Shown here piece after piece: positions 13,316 to 25,296 of a stretch of 64,000 nucleotides of DNA. The position numbers and the translations under genes are program-made. This stretch comes from Octopus sinensis. Its lineage: Eukaryota. The stretch's first letter is position 1; every line of letters starts with the position of its first letter. The notes below the pieces were generated by a model that saw only the letters and a list, made by a program, of their open reading frames with translations, was not told the DNA's origin and did not search any database. The stretch spans positions 9,858,001 through 9,922,000 of the forward strand of contig NC_043009.1 of assembly GCF_006345805.1 (NCBI RefSeq). The letters run 5' to 3'.

Positions 13316-13693
13316 TAATTTATATAATAATAAGACACGTTAGTCACAGCTAGAATATATTTCCAACAAAAGTGTCATAAGGGTACTGCAAAAGGTCAGA
13401 CAAGGGTGTCGCCTATCTTAAGAACATGAACATAAGATGATGAAATTATAGAAACACTGAACTGTTTGCTTAAGGTTGAACTGGAGTTAATAGCAATAAG
13501 TAGATATTATAACCTATCTAGTCTAATTTAACTGTATTATTTACTATTCTACCTTCACATGATTGTTTATTAGCAGCTTAGCAATAATTAAAAATCAATT
13601 TACATTAATTCATAATAATTGTGGTTGTTAAATTTGACTCATACAAAAGGTCACCCATTCGACAGTAAATGATTTATTGATTGAAATCAGTCT

Positions 13694-13779
<86 letters not shown>

Positions 13780-15344
13780 ATGTAGGGAGAATTCATGTAA
13801 AAAACAGAAGATGAAGACAGTTGGTGTAGAAAACCAACAGATATATTAGTATAATGCTCAGGAATTGAAAAAGTTTTTAACATTTCGAGCGTACGCTCTT
13901 CCACAGAAAGACACAAGGAGAGAAACAAAATGTGTGTAGTGGCTACTGATCTATTATGGTGAATGCCAGACAGAAGGGTCACACAGGAGAACGAAGAAGT
14001 AGGGGAGATAACAAAGTAGCAGTGATCCCAAAACGAAGGTGCGCATGTGTGTAAGAGAGTACGTATGTGCGTGTGAAAGATGGCTGGTGATCTTGATGTG
14101 TGCATGTATGTATGAGTAGGCGTGAAAATGTGGGGATGGGAATTGGTCAGTGCTGGTGTGTGCGTGGTGAAGCACCAACCGATCGTGGCTGTTGCCATCA
14201 TCACCTGGAACCTGTGCCGGTGGCACGTAAAAAGCACCCACTACACTCATGGAGTGGTTGGCATTAGGAAGGGCATCCAGCTGTAAACTGGAGCCTGATG
14301 CAGCCTCCTGGCTTCCCAGACCCCAGTCGAACCGTCCAACCCATGCTAGCATGGAAAATGGATGTTAAACGATGATGATGATGATATATACTCTTTTACT
14401 CTTTTACTTGTTTCAGTCATTTGACTGCGGCCATGCTGGAGCACCGCCTTCTAGTCGAGTAAATCGACCCCAGGACTTATTCTTTGTAAGCCTAGTACTT
14501 ATTCTATCAGTCTCTTTTGCTGAACTGCTAAGTTACGGGACGTAAACACAGCACCATCAGTTGTCAAGCAATGGTGGGGGGGGGACAAACACAGATACAC
14601 AAACATATACACGCACATTCATATATCTATATATATACATATATACGATGGGCCTCTTCCAGTTTCCGTCTACCAAATCCACTCACAAGGCTTTGGTTGG
14701 CCCGAGGCTATAGAAGACACTTGCCCAAGGTGCCACGCAGTGGGAATGAACCTGGAACCATGTGTTTGGTAAGCAAGCTACTTACCACACAGCCACTCCT
14801 GCACCGTATATACATATATATATTTAATATTTTGGACCAATGGGTATATGTTGATTAGTGTGTTGAAGTGTTTAGTAGGGCACTGGCACACTTTGTGCCA
14901 CTCGGTGTCACCTGCAGTTGGGGTATATTTCTTTTGGATCTCTGCACTGTTAGTTGAGATAATAATAATAATTTCTTAAGTAACCAGAATATGAATTTGG
15001 TAATATTCTTTATTTTGTACAATGTGCGTTTCGACCCATCCTGCTCCTGTCCCTCCAATGGGTGGGATTCCATTCAACATGTTGTGTTGCATCCATTTTG
15101 CAGTCTGGGTCTCATCGGGTACATCCATGCCAACATGGACAATAGACGTTAAATGATGATGATTTGTTTTTGCTGTGAGTTTATAATTTTGTGATAATCA
15201 ATGTTATGTAAAAAAAATTGAAGATTATCTCTTTATAAACAGTTTTTCTCATCATTAGGGTGGTGCATGACTTCTGCACCACCCTGTGTATGTGTGTGTG
15301 AGTGTGTGTGTATATATATATATATATTATATATATATATATAT

Positions 15345-15361
<17 letters not shown>

Positions 15362-15405
<44 letters not shown>

Positions 15406-15466
15406 ATAGCTAGATAGATAGATAGATAGATAGATGGGTAGATAGATAGATAGATAGATAGATGGG

Positions 15467-15503
<37 letters not shown>

Positions 15504-15560
15504 GGGTAGATAGATAGATAGATAGATGGGTAGATAGATAGATAGATAGATGGATAGATG

Positions 15561-15599
<39 letters not shown>

Positions 15600-15696
15600 G
15601 GGTAGATAGATAAATAGATAGATAGATAGATAGATAGATGGGTAGATAGATAGATAGATAGATGGGTAGATAGATAGATAGATAGATGGATAGATG

Positions 15697-15752
<56 letters not shown>
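15362..15752 (+). repeat. (GA)n followed by a (GATA)n array of about 340 bp with periodic GATG/GGTA interruptions
   Basis: Read directly from the sequence. Confidence 0.95.
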
Positions 15753-15753
<1 letters not shown>

Positions 15754-15782
15754 ATACACACACAAATATATATACATAAATA

Positions 15783-15995
15783 CACGAGGAGATACTGAAA
15801 AGTTCTTGGCTTTGAGTAAAAAAAAATACAGGAGAATCAGTTAATTATGATTTTATTCAACATATTAACCTCTCAGATTCACACACTTATTGCAGCGGTC
15901 CTTCAGTTTTTCTAAGCCCTGTAAAAGAACTTAAAGCCTTAAAGAACTTAAAGCCTTAAAGCCCTTAAAGCCAGGAAGGCTTTAGTATCCCCATG
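15783..15995. mobile_element. Mariner-like MITE; related copy at 35971-36402 carries a nested piggyBac-like MITE (36084-36296, TTAA TSD)
   Basis: TA-flanked imperfect TIRs (CACGAGG.GATACTGAAAAGTTC(C/T)TGGCTTT). The internal sequence is shared with the 36 kb copy. Confidence 0.75.
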
Positions 15996-17037
15996 TATAG
16001 TAAAATTGACAAAAAGAGCAGAGAGAATTTGCTGTGGGGAGCAGAAAACCCAATGATTCAGACAGAGAAAAGTTGACAGGAAAGAAATTAAAGTAGGGCA
16101 GCTGCATTTTACATCCTTAAGTTAGAAAAACTGGCTGCAACAAAGAGGAAGTAAAATTCAATTGTCTCTCTTTTGTTTTTGTTTGAAGTGTGTTTGGTCA
16201 TAGTGCTTATTTTAACCCATAAACCTTGCAGTCACTAAGCAGTGGTGCATATTGATGGGGTAGATAGATAGAATGATAAACTGACAGATAGACAACAATA
16301 TATATATATACAAAGGGAAAGTTTACCAAAATAAACAAAAGACGAAGGCAGGTGGAGTACAAACAAACAATTGTATTAGTATGGCGCTCAGGAGTAGAAA
16401 TAGAACAAGTTTTTTACATTTCGAGCCTACGCTCTTCAACAGAAAGATACACAGAAAAAATCAAGGAGAGAAAAAAATGCATGTAGGAGCTGAGATATAT
16501 ATATATATATATAAATGTGGAGTCGCAATGGCCCGGTGGTTAGGGCAGCGGACTCGCGGTTTTGATTCCCAGACCAGGCGTTGTGAGTGTTTATTGAGCA
16601 AAAACACCTAAAGCTCCACGAGGCTCCGGCAGGGGGTGGTGATCCCTGCTGTACTCTTTCGCCACAACTTTCTCTCACTCTTTCTTCTGTTGGCCTGATC
16701 GCTTAGCCAGCGGGGTGGCGTCATTTGAAGGCTAAAACAATGCGAAGCGCATTGTGACCAGCGATGTGTAGCAACATCTGATAGCCTGGTCGGTCACTCT
16801 GTGTGTGTGATATATCTATATATCAAGGGTATGAAAGGTATTGGTGTCAGGAAGACCCAAAAGGTATCGGGTAAGTGCTAAGGATAGACCATATTTAAGC
16901 TCCAGGCTCGATAATGATACGAGTGAGGAGTCCAACGTGGGTCATGTATCAGCATGCATATATATATATAAACTGATAGAATGAGATAAAAAAAAAACTA
17001 AGGCAGTAAATAGATTTCATAACATTTATCAAGAAAA

Positions 17038-17088
17038 CATCTTACATCTGTTTCCGGGATATTTTATATATCCCTTCATCAGAGACGG
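17038..17088 (-). ncRNA. Type I hammerhead-like motif (near-canonical)
   Basis: CGTCT-CTGATGA-A-GGGATAT(ATAAA)ATATCCC-G-GAAA-CAGATGT-A-AGATG. Confidence 0.65.
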
Positions 17089-17282
17089 TGCAAGAAAATG
17101 TTTGAGTATCAATTATCGTAGAGAAGATATGAAATACAGAGGGAAGTAAGAGAATGAATATAGAAGTGAGATACATAAGGATATTGTATTTGCAATCCGT
17201 TACAGTACCTAATCGTTTAGATCACCTGTGAACTAAACCCCCATACTTTGTATATATATATAGATAGATAGATAGATAGATA

Positions 17283-18333
17283 CAGGCGTTGGACAAAATA
17301 ATGGAAACACCTAGTATCATAACATAATAATTTTGAAATATCTATAAAACCATCAAAAGCTTGTTTACTTTTATGTTTTTTGTTTATTATTAGTGTTGCT
17401 TTATATGTTTTGCTAAAATTGCTGTTATTTTTTTCAGATATCATCAGAAAAAGGTAATTAAAATTCATTAAAATGACAGATCTATCGGACTTTCAAAAAG
17501 GTCAAATTGTTGGTGCTCATATGGCAGGTGCTAGCATACTGAAACAGCCAAAATGTTTGGTGTATCAAGAAGTACCATCTTGAACGTAATCACAGCCTTT
17601 GAGAAAGAGAGAAAAAACTCCTCGTTGAAACAAAACTCCAGAGTGGAGTAAAAACCTACAGAATTGGTCCCTAGAGCAGTGGAAGAATGTTATTTTCTCA
17701 GATGAGTCATCGTTTACCTTATTTCTGACCACTGGCCAAGTATACATGTGAAGACAGCCAAAAGAAGCATTTGACCCAGACTACCTTCTTCCAACAGTTA
17801 AACATGGGGGAAGATCTGTGATGATCTGGAGGAGGGGGTATATCTTGGAAATCCACTGACCCAGTGGTTTCCTTCATGGTAGAATTAATAGTCAAGACTA
17901 TTTAAGCATTTCATCTGATCAACTTCTTCCTATGGTTGCGGAAATGTTTCCGGAGAGAAATGCATTCTTTCAGGATGATAATGCACCAATTCACACGGCT
18001 AAAATTGTTACTGAATGACACGAGGAATATTCGAGTGAAGTTGAACATCTTATCTGGCCACCACAGTCCCCAGATCTCAATATTATTGAACATTTATAGT
18101 GCATTTTAGAAAAACAAGTAAGGAGTTGATATCCTCCACCATCATCACTACAAGAACTGGAGACAGGTTTAGCTGAAGAATGGACAAAAATTCCTTTGGA
18201 AACAATTCAAACTTTTTACAAGTCCAGACCTCATAGAATTCAAGCTGTAATTACTGCCAAAGGCAGTCCTACCCCATATTAAAAGAAATTTGTTTGAAAT
18301 TTTAAGGTGTTTCCATTACTTTGTCCGATACTT

Positions 18334-18337
<4 letters not shown>
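17283..18337 (+). pseudogene. Decayed Tc1 (DD34E) transposon
   Basis: TIRs CAGGCGTTGGACAAAATAATGGAAACACC / GGTGTTTCCATTACTTTGTCCGATACTTTG, with TA flanks. Fragments MTDLSDFQKGQIVGA, WKNVIFSDES, FQDDNAPIH and WPPQSPDLNIIE, with stops and frameshifts. Confidence 0.92.
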
Positions 18338-18372
<35 letters not shown>

Positions 18373-18541
18373 TCAGAACCTTACAGTAGTCTGGAATAAC
18401 TGAATCTTAGTCAGTCAGTTGATGGGCTCCACTACCTCAAATGTTCTTAAAATTTAAATCCACATCTTTGTCTATATATCTACCTTCTCTATAATGTTGC
18501 CACTTGATATGAAAATGTTTGTATTAATGGAAAACCTCTAT

Positions 18542-18633
18542 AATTGGCTGATGAGTACTCAGCATTTTAAAACTGTTGTTATACTTACAACATTTAATGA
18601 AATGATGTAGTACGAAACGATCGTACCAAATTA
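18542..18633 (+). ncRNA. Canonical type I hammerhead ribozyme with extended helix II
   Basis: TTGG-CTGATGA-GTACT...AGTAC-GAAA-CGATCG-TA-CCAA: all core nucleotides present, GUA cleavage triplet, palindromic helix III ACGATCGT. Confidence 0.85.
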
Positions 18634-18969
18634 CCGGAGTTATTCTTGTTGCCTATTTTGATTATATATATATATATACACATACATATATATATATATA
18701 TACACATACACACACACATATATATACACATACATACATATACATACACACACACATATATATATATAGTGAGAATTTACTAAAAAACAAAAGATGAATA
18801 CAGGTGTATAAACAACAAACAGATGTATTAGTTTAACGCTCGGGATGGTGAGAAAGTCTTTTACACTCTTCGACAGAAAGGAACACAGAAATTAACGGGG
18901 AGAAAAACTAGAAAAAGGTATATTGGCTAGCAATCTACCATGGCAAATAGATAGATAGATAGATAGATA

Positions 18970-19024
<55 letters not shown>

Positions 19025-19039
19025 TGTATTGGTACAAAC

Positions 19040-19307
19040 CAAAAGAATCTGTTGTCTGTATCGCATTGTTGGAATTGCCTCTGTGCACATAAACTCAGGT
19101 CCCAAATATAGTTTGTTGTGGACCAAGAGAAATAGAATGTTCCTGAACTAAGTAGTTTGCGCATTTCATTGATTTTCTCTTCTTCAGCATTGTGGCTCTG
19201 TAGAGGTATGAAGTTGGTGGCTGTGATACGAAACACTTCTGATTCCATGATTTTGTTGACTGACACACATGATGTAACAATTCCGAGATAGAGGCTGTTA
19301 GTTTCAC
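19040..19307 (-). CDS. SYNJ1: Synaptojanin coding exon (268 nt): (G)ETNSLYLGIVTSCVSVNKIMESEVFRITATNFIPLQSHNAEEEKINEMRKLLSSGTFYFSWSTTNYIWDLSLCAQRQFQQCDTDNRFFW
   Basis: Acceptor ttcattttcacag and donor gtttgt. Contains the SAC1/Syja_N motifs ESEVFRIT, SGTFYFSW and DNRFFW. Phase 1/2. Confidence 0.96.
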
Positions 19308-19456
19308 CTGTGAAAATGAAGCAACACAGAATTGTAAGAAGAATATTTACTGTTCAAGACTGAAATTTAAATTGCAAAAAAAATTGGTTCCTTTCACTAT
19401 TGGTTGTCAACATCATTATTAATAAACTTGGAAACCATGATTTTTTAATCTTGATT

Positions 19457-19937
19457 TTAACCCTTTTGTTACCATATTTCTGTTGAGATGCTCTGTGTTT
19501 TTTTCAATTACTTTAAATATAACAAAGAATTTAGTAAAATAACTTCGTTATCATTAAACTAGTGTTAGGAACATAAATTGTGACTAAGTTTTGGTGGAAG
19601 ATTATAATTCAAAACTTATGAAAACAAGACATTTGTACTACGGAGCCAGAGCCAATTTCAGCCAGGTTGGTAACGAAAGGGTTAAGAATTGTTTCTCTAT
19701 TATATATTTTAACCCTTTTGTTACCATATTTCTACAGAGATGCTCTGTGTTTCTTTCAATTACTTTAAATATAACAAAGAATTTAGTAAAATAACTTCGT
19801 TATCATTCAGCTAGTGTTTGGAACATAAATTGTGACTAAGTTTTGGTGGAAGATTTTAATTCAAAACTTATGAAAACAAGACATTTGCACTACAGAGTCA
19901 AAGCCGGTTTCAGCTGGGTTGGTATCAAAAAGGTTAA
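19457..19937 (-). mobile_element. Second piggyBac-like MITE dimer, inverted relative to 3214-3692
   Basis: Units at 19457-19685 and 19709-19937 are the reverse complement of the 3.2-3.7 kb dimer, including the spacer GAATTGTTTCTCTATTATATAT(T). Confidence 0.85.
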
Positions 19938-21167
19938 ACAACAGAAGATAAGAAGTACCATTCTATTTGCTTAGTTGTACATGACATCATCGTTGTATTC
20001 GTTAAGTTGATTCAAGCAAATATTTTTAATACTTTTAATAAATATCAAAATATTGATTTCAAATTTTGGCACATGGCCAGCAATTTAGAAGGATGTAAGT
20101 CAATTTCATCGACCCCAGTGCTCAACTGGTACTAATTTTATCGACTCCAAAAGGATGAATGGTAAAGTCTATCTCAGTAGAATTGGAATTCAGAATGTAG
20201 AAATGGATTAAATGCTGCTAAGCATCTCACCTGGTGTGCTAACAATACTGCCAGCTCAATGCCTTAATAAATATGAAACTATTAGAAAATAAATATTACG
20301 ATATTGATTAGATATTGTAGTAATTAATAAATATTATATTTGATATAATATTTTAAAACTTTTATCTATAAATGTCTAAATTTCTGGTGAATATTTTTAT
20401 TCAAATTTCTATATACTCTCAAAGTCATCTTGAGATTTCATAGGTACAAGTAAAACTTTACTTCACTGAAAAGGTCTAATCAGACTGAAACATGTTCAGA
20501 GCTATCATTCTTTTTGCTAAAGGTCAGATCCACTCCTCAATACACATCTCGATTCAGTTTTAACCAATTTGGTTTTGAAGTGAACTCCTTTGCTTTCACC
20601 ACCACCACCACCACCATTGCCACCCTTTTTTATATTTTATTTGTTTCAGTCATTGGACTGTGGCCATGTTGGGGCACCACCTCGACAGGTCTTAGTCAAA
20701 CAAATCACCCCCCCCCATCCCCGGAGCTTATTTTTTTAAAGTCTGTTATTTAATCTAGTGGTCTCTTTTGCTGGACCCCTAAGTTATGGGGAGATAAACA
20801 AACAGTTGTGGGGAAAACACACATACCTACCAAATACTTTCACAAGATTTTAAGAGCCCCGAAGCTTTATTAGAAAAGAATTGCCCAAGGGACCATATAG
20901 TGGGATTGAACATAAAACCACTGTGGTTGGGAAGCGAGCTTCTTACCACACAGTCATACCTGCACCTTTCATTGACAGGGATTCTTGTTAAAACTGATGG
21001 TTTGTCTCTTCATAGCAGAAGTAATTTTAATTCATTAATCATTAATTTTAACTCACTACATTAAGTACATTAAACCCCATTTAACTACATGTTCTTCATG
21101 CAGAAAGCATTGTTGGGAAATGTTCACACATGTGACTAAATTTCTAGCGCTTGATTTAAATAGTTCA

Positions 21168-21535
21168 CTAGCACTATGACCCCGCAACACCAGGTCACAG
21201 TGCTAGTGCATGCCTCTACAGCTGCGTGCGTGCACACATACATGCGAGTACTGTCCAAATCTCCGACAAATCACATACAGCTAGCTGGCATTCAATTGGC
21301 GTATCAAGTTTCAGGCATTTTGATTGGGTTTTGGATAGAAAATTCACAAAAAAGTCACTTTTATTGAATTTTTAATGGCTTTGCGGGGTGACTGGGGAAA
21401 TGTAAAGATGTGCACGACCACCCTTGGATGGTTTTGAATGACCATAGAAAGTGCGAGCTCTCTAACTGAAAAATTGTGGATTTGTATAAAGGATACACAC
21501 ACAGACAGACATTTTGCTGTTTATATATAGAGAGA
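21168..21535 (-). mobile_element. Non-autonomous Helitron family 2, copy 1
   Basis: 5' TC, with a 3' palindromic hairpin ACTAGCACTATGACC..GGTCA(C/T)AGTGCTAGT ending in CTAG. High similarity to copies at 35330, 39852 and 56270. Confidence 0.82.
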
Positions 21536-23413
21536 TTCCAAATAGTCCAGTTTAAATGTTGCGTAAAATACTCTCCCTAAATTGTGATCTTTTCTCTTTT
21601 TTGACGGTATAGTGTCTATTAAACTGGCACTCTATCAGTTGCGATGATGAGAGTTCCAGTTCATCCTATCGATGGCACAGCCTGCTCAGGAAATCAATGT
21701 GCATTTGGCTGAGCACTTCACAGACACATGTACTCTTAATGTAGTTCTCAGGGAGGTTCAGCATAACACAGAGTGTGACAAGGTTAGCCATTTGAAATAC
21801 AGGTACTACTCATTTTTGCCAGCTGAGTGGACAGGAGCAATGTGAAATAAAGTGTCTTTCTCAAGGACACAACACATCCCCGGGAACTGAACTCGCAACC
21901 TTGCAATCATGAGCCAAATAACCTAACCACTAAGTCATGTGCCTTCACATTATAGTGTATGTAAAACTACATTATCTCGTGCAGTGGTTCTCAACTGGGG
22001 GACCATGTAAAAGTTTGTTGTTAAAGTTTGTGTGCAATAAATTGGTTATATACCCCTGCAATATGCAGAATATTTCAACAATTTTGTTTATATAATTTCC
22101 ATTGCCAGAGCGGCTAATTGGCTTCCGTGCCGATGGCACGTAAAAAGCACCGTTCAAGCATGGAGAAAAAACATTCGAGTGAGGTCATTGCCAGTGCTGC
22201 TGGACTGGCTCCTGTATAGGTGGCACGTAAAAAACACCATTTGAGCATGGCCGTTGCCAGTACCTCCTGACTGTCCCTCGTGCCGGTGGCATGTAAAAGC
22301 ACCCACTACACTCTCAGAGTGGTTGGCGTTAGGAAGGGCATCCAGCTGTAGAAACTCTGCCAGATCAAGATTGGAGCCTGGTGCAGCCATCTGGTTCACC
22401 AGTCTTCAGTCAAATCATCCAACCCATGCCAGCATGGAAAGCGGACGTTAAACGATGATGATGATGGTAATCAATGGAACAGCTTGCTCATGAAATTAAT
22501 GTGGTTGAACACTCCACAGACACGTGTACCCTTAACGTAGAACTCAGGGAGATTCAGCATGACAGAGTGTGACAAGGCTGCCCTTTAAAATGCAAGTAGT
22601 ACACTGGTGTCATGCAACTGGCACCATGCCCATTACACTCTCAGAGTGGTTGGTGTTAGGAAGGGCATCCAGCTGTAGCAACTATGCCAAATTAGACTGG
22701 AGATGGTGCAGCCCCTCAGCTTACCAGCCCTGGTCAAACCGTCCAACCCCTGCAGCATGGACAACAGATATTAAATGATGATGATGATGATGTGATTTTT
22801 TTAAACATTGAAAGGCTTTTAGGGTCCACCTGAGTAAAATATGAAGCAAAAGAGGGGTCCATAGGAAAAAAATGGTTGAGAACTATTGATCTAGGCTATC
22901 CTTTCATTTTTAAGATGCTTGGGCCAAAGTTAAAGGAGGTTTGATTAGTGTTTCTTGTAGGCTGACAGACCACATAGAAGTTCCCTGTTTGGCTTGTCTC
23001 AAGAAATTTGATTCTAGACTGCATAGTTGGGCAGATATATTAGGAGAGATATATTCACATATTTATTCTGGAATAAATAAATAAATGAGTGGAAACTGAA
23101 CCAGTGTGTGTGAGTTATATTAAGGCACTACGACTCACCTCAGACACAACAAAATTTGTTTTCAACACATGAATTCACATAAGGAATCTTGCAGATCAGA
23201 TACAAAAACGAAGTAAAATATTCACATAAACCATTCGATACAACAGACATGGCAGTCAAAGTTATTTTCCATTACATATGTAAGATGATATATGCACACA
23301 TATAAATAGTAGGTGATTGTTATCAACAGAATGTACTTTCTGTTTCCTTCTTGAGAACAGACGAGTAACATTGCTTGATGTATGTTTGTGAACTGTGATA
23401 CACAGTTATAACA

Positions 23414-23425
23414 TGGTGTCAGAAG
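23414..23425 (+). promoter_or_regulatory. Primer-binding site TGGTGTCAGAAG
   Basis: Directly follows a CA dinucleotide. Complementary to a tRNA 3' end ..CUUCUGACACCA (tRNA-Leu(CAA)-like as recalled). This is a common Gypsy PBS. Confidence 0.75.
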
Positions 23426-24646
23426 CATAGACTGAATCTAGTTATTGATTTTTTGGTGTTGGTGGTGCTTCTCAGCTTCTACTTGTTCGCTAGTAACGTG
23501 GCTGGTAGGTGAGTTGCTAATGGACTTTATCTGAAATAACAAAGTAGCTTTGCTAACTAAAATTACTAAACGGTTGAATATTAGTTGCTAGCTCCTAAAC
23601 TTGCTCTGACGACTCATGTGCTTCCAGGAAGAATTTTCTTGTGGCTGTTGATAATGCATCAGCTGATATTGTAGAAATTGAACTGGCACCAGACGTTATT
23701 AGCAGACATAACAACTTCACATATGAAGAAGCCATAGTAAAAATACATGGTGCAGATGTAATAGGAAACTTTGACAATTTCTCTGAACCTACAATAAATC
23801 TCTTTAATGCTTTAAACAGGGTCTTTGCTACCAAAAATAATGGTAGAAGATGTGAAAAAATATTTAATGTTTATTGAAGATACGTATGAGATGATGTGAA
23901 AGACGTAGCTTTAAATAACATTTTATAACATTAATATTTCAACAAAAGCACAACTCCAGAGCAAATATTGAATCACAACAAATGAAGATATAGACCAGCC
24001 AACTGGTTTCCGTGCCGGTGGCACGTAAAAGGGCACCATTCGAGCGTGATCGTTACCAATGTCGCCTTACTGGCACTTGTGCTGGTGGCATTTGTAAAAA
24101 GATTCGAGTGAGGTCATTGCCAGTACTGCCTGACTGGCTCCCGTGCCGGTGGCACGTAAAAATGTACCCAGCTGTAGAAACTGTGAAATCAAGATTGGAG
24201 CCTGGTGCAGCCATCTGGCTTGCCAGCCCTCAGTCAAAATCGTCCAACCCATGCTAGCATGGAAAGCGGACATTAAACGACGATGATGATGATGATGATG
24301 AGAGTTGTTAAATCAAATGAATACCATTTCACAATGTGACATTAAGTAAAATGATATGAGTGTAGTTTGTAGGGCAAACTAATATGAATCAATATGATTA
24401 TGATTGCATGGAAACATCTCATAATGAGGTTATGTTGATTTGAATGATTTTTACAGATAGTCTATATGTAATATGAGGAGAGTTTCTCTGGTTGCAGTGT
24501 CAATGGCTTAATCTGAGTGGTATGGATGGTATCTCAGCTATGCCTTGTATCTCCTGCAATCAGACATGAACTGGTATGAAAATATTTCCTTATCTTTGTC
24601 ATAAATGTGCCTGGTTTTGTTTACATCTAAGTAGAAGAAAGTTGAA

Positions 24647-25296
24647 ATTTTTTAAAGTAAGGGCTATTTTGCCAACATAATGTGGCTGTCCTGGAAGGGA
24701 CAAATGTTACTGTTGTCTATCCCCAGAAAACATCATTTCAAGCTGGCTATACGACACAATATCTGTGTCCTTAAGGCATCGAGTTGGCAGAAACGTTAGC
24801 ATACCAGGTGAAATTCTTAGCGGTATTTCATCTACCGCTACGTTCTGAGTTCAAATTCCACCGAGGTCAACTTTGCCTTTCATCCTTTTGGGGTCAATTA
24901 AATAAGTACCAGTTACGCACTGGGGTCAATGTAATCGACTTAATCCATTTATCTGTCTTTGTTTGTCCGCTCTATGTTTAGCCCCTTGTAGGCAATAAAG
25001 AATTAAAATATCTGTGTCCTTATGTTTTTAAACAGGGAATTCAGCACTCCAACCCAGCAAAAAAAAAAACCATCTGTGGACCAGTTTCTGGGTTATTGCT
25101 CTTTATCAGCACAGATTAGCTGCTTGGCTGGGTGACGTTGCTTTTGCACAGGGTAGGAGCACTGAACTCCCTGTTTGAAAACATAAGGACACAGACATTG
25201 CTAGAAACGATGTTTCCTGGGGATAAACAACAGTAACATTTGTCCCTTCCAGGACAGCCACATTATGTTGGCAAATAGTCTTCACATTAAAGAAAT
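24647..25296. mobile_element. Foldback element with inverted arms of about 150 bp and a central hammerhead-like motif; SINE-B inserted in the left arm
   Basis: The left arm (24647-24773 plus 25007-25060) is the reverse complement of about 25140-25296. The motif is at 25072-25116 on the minus strand. Confidence 0.78.

Noticed and set aside
15181-15785. Long ORFs of YLSI/IYIY repeats (also 13674-14237, 31320-31709, 59426-59798)
   Set aside because: These are translations of stop-free microsatellites, not genes.
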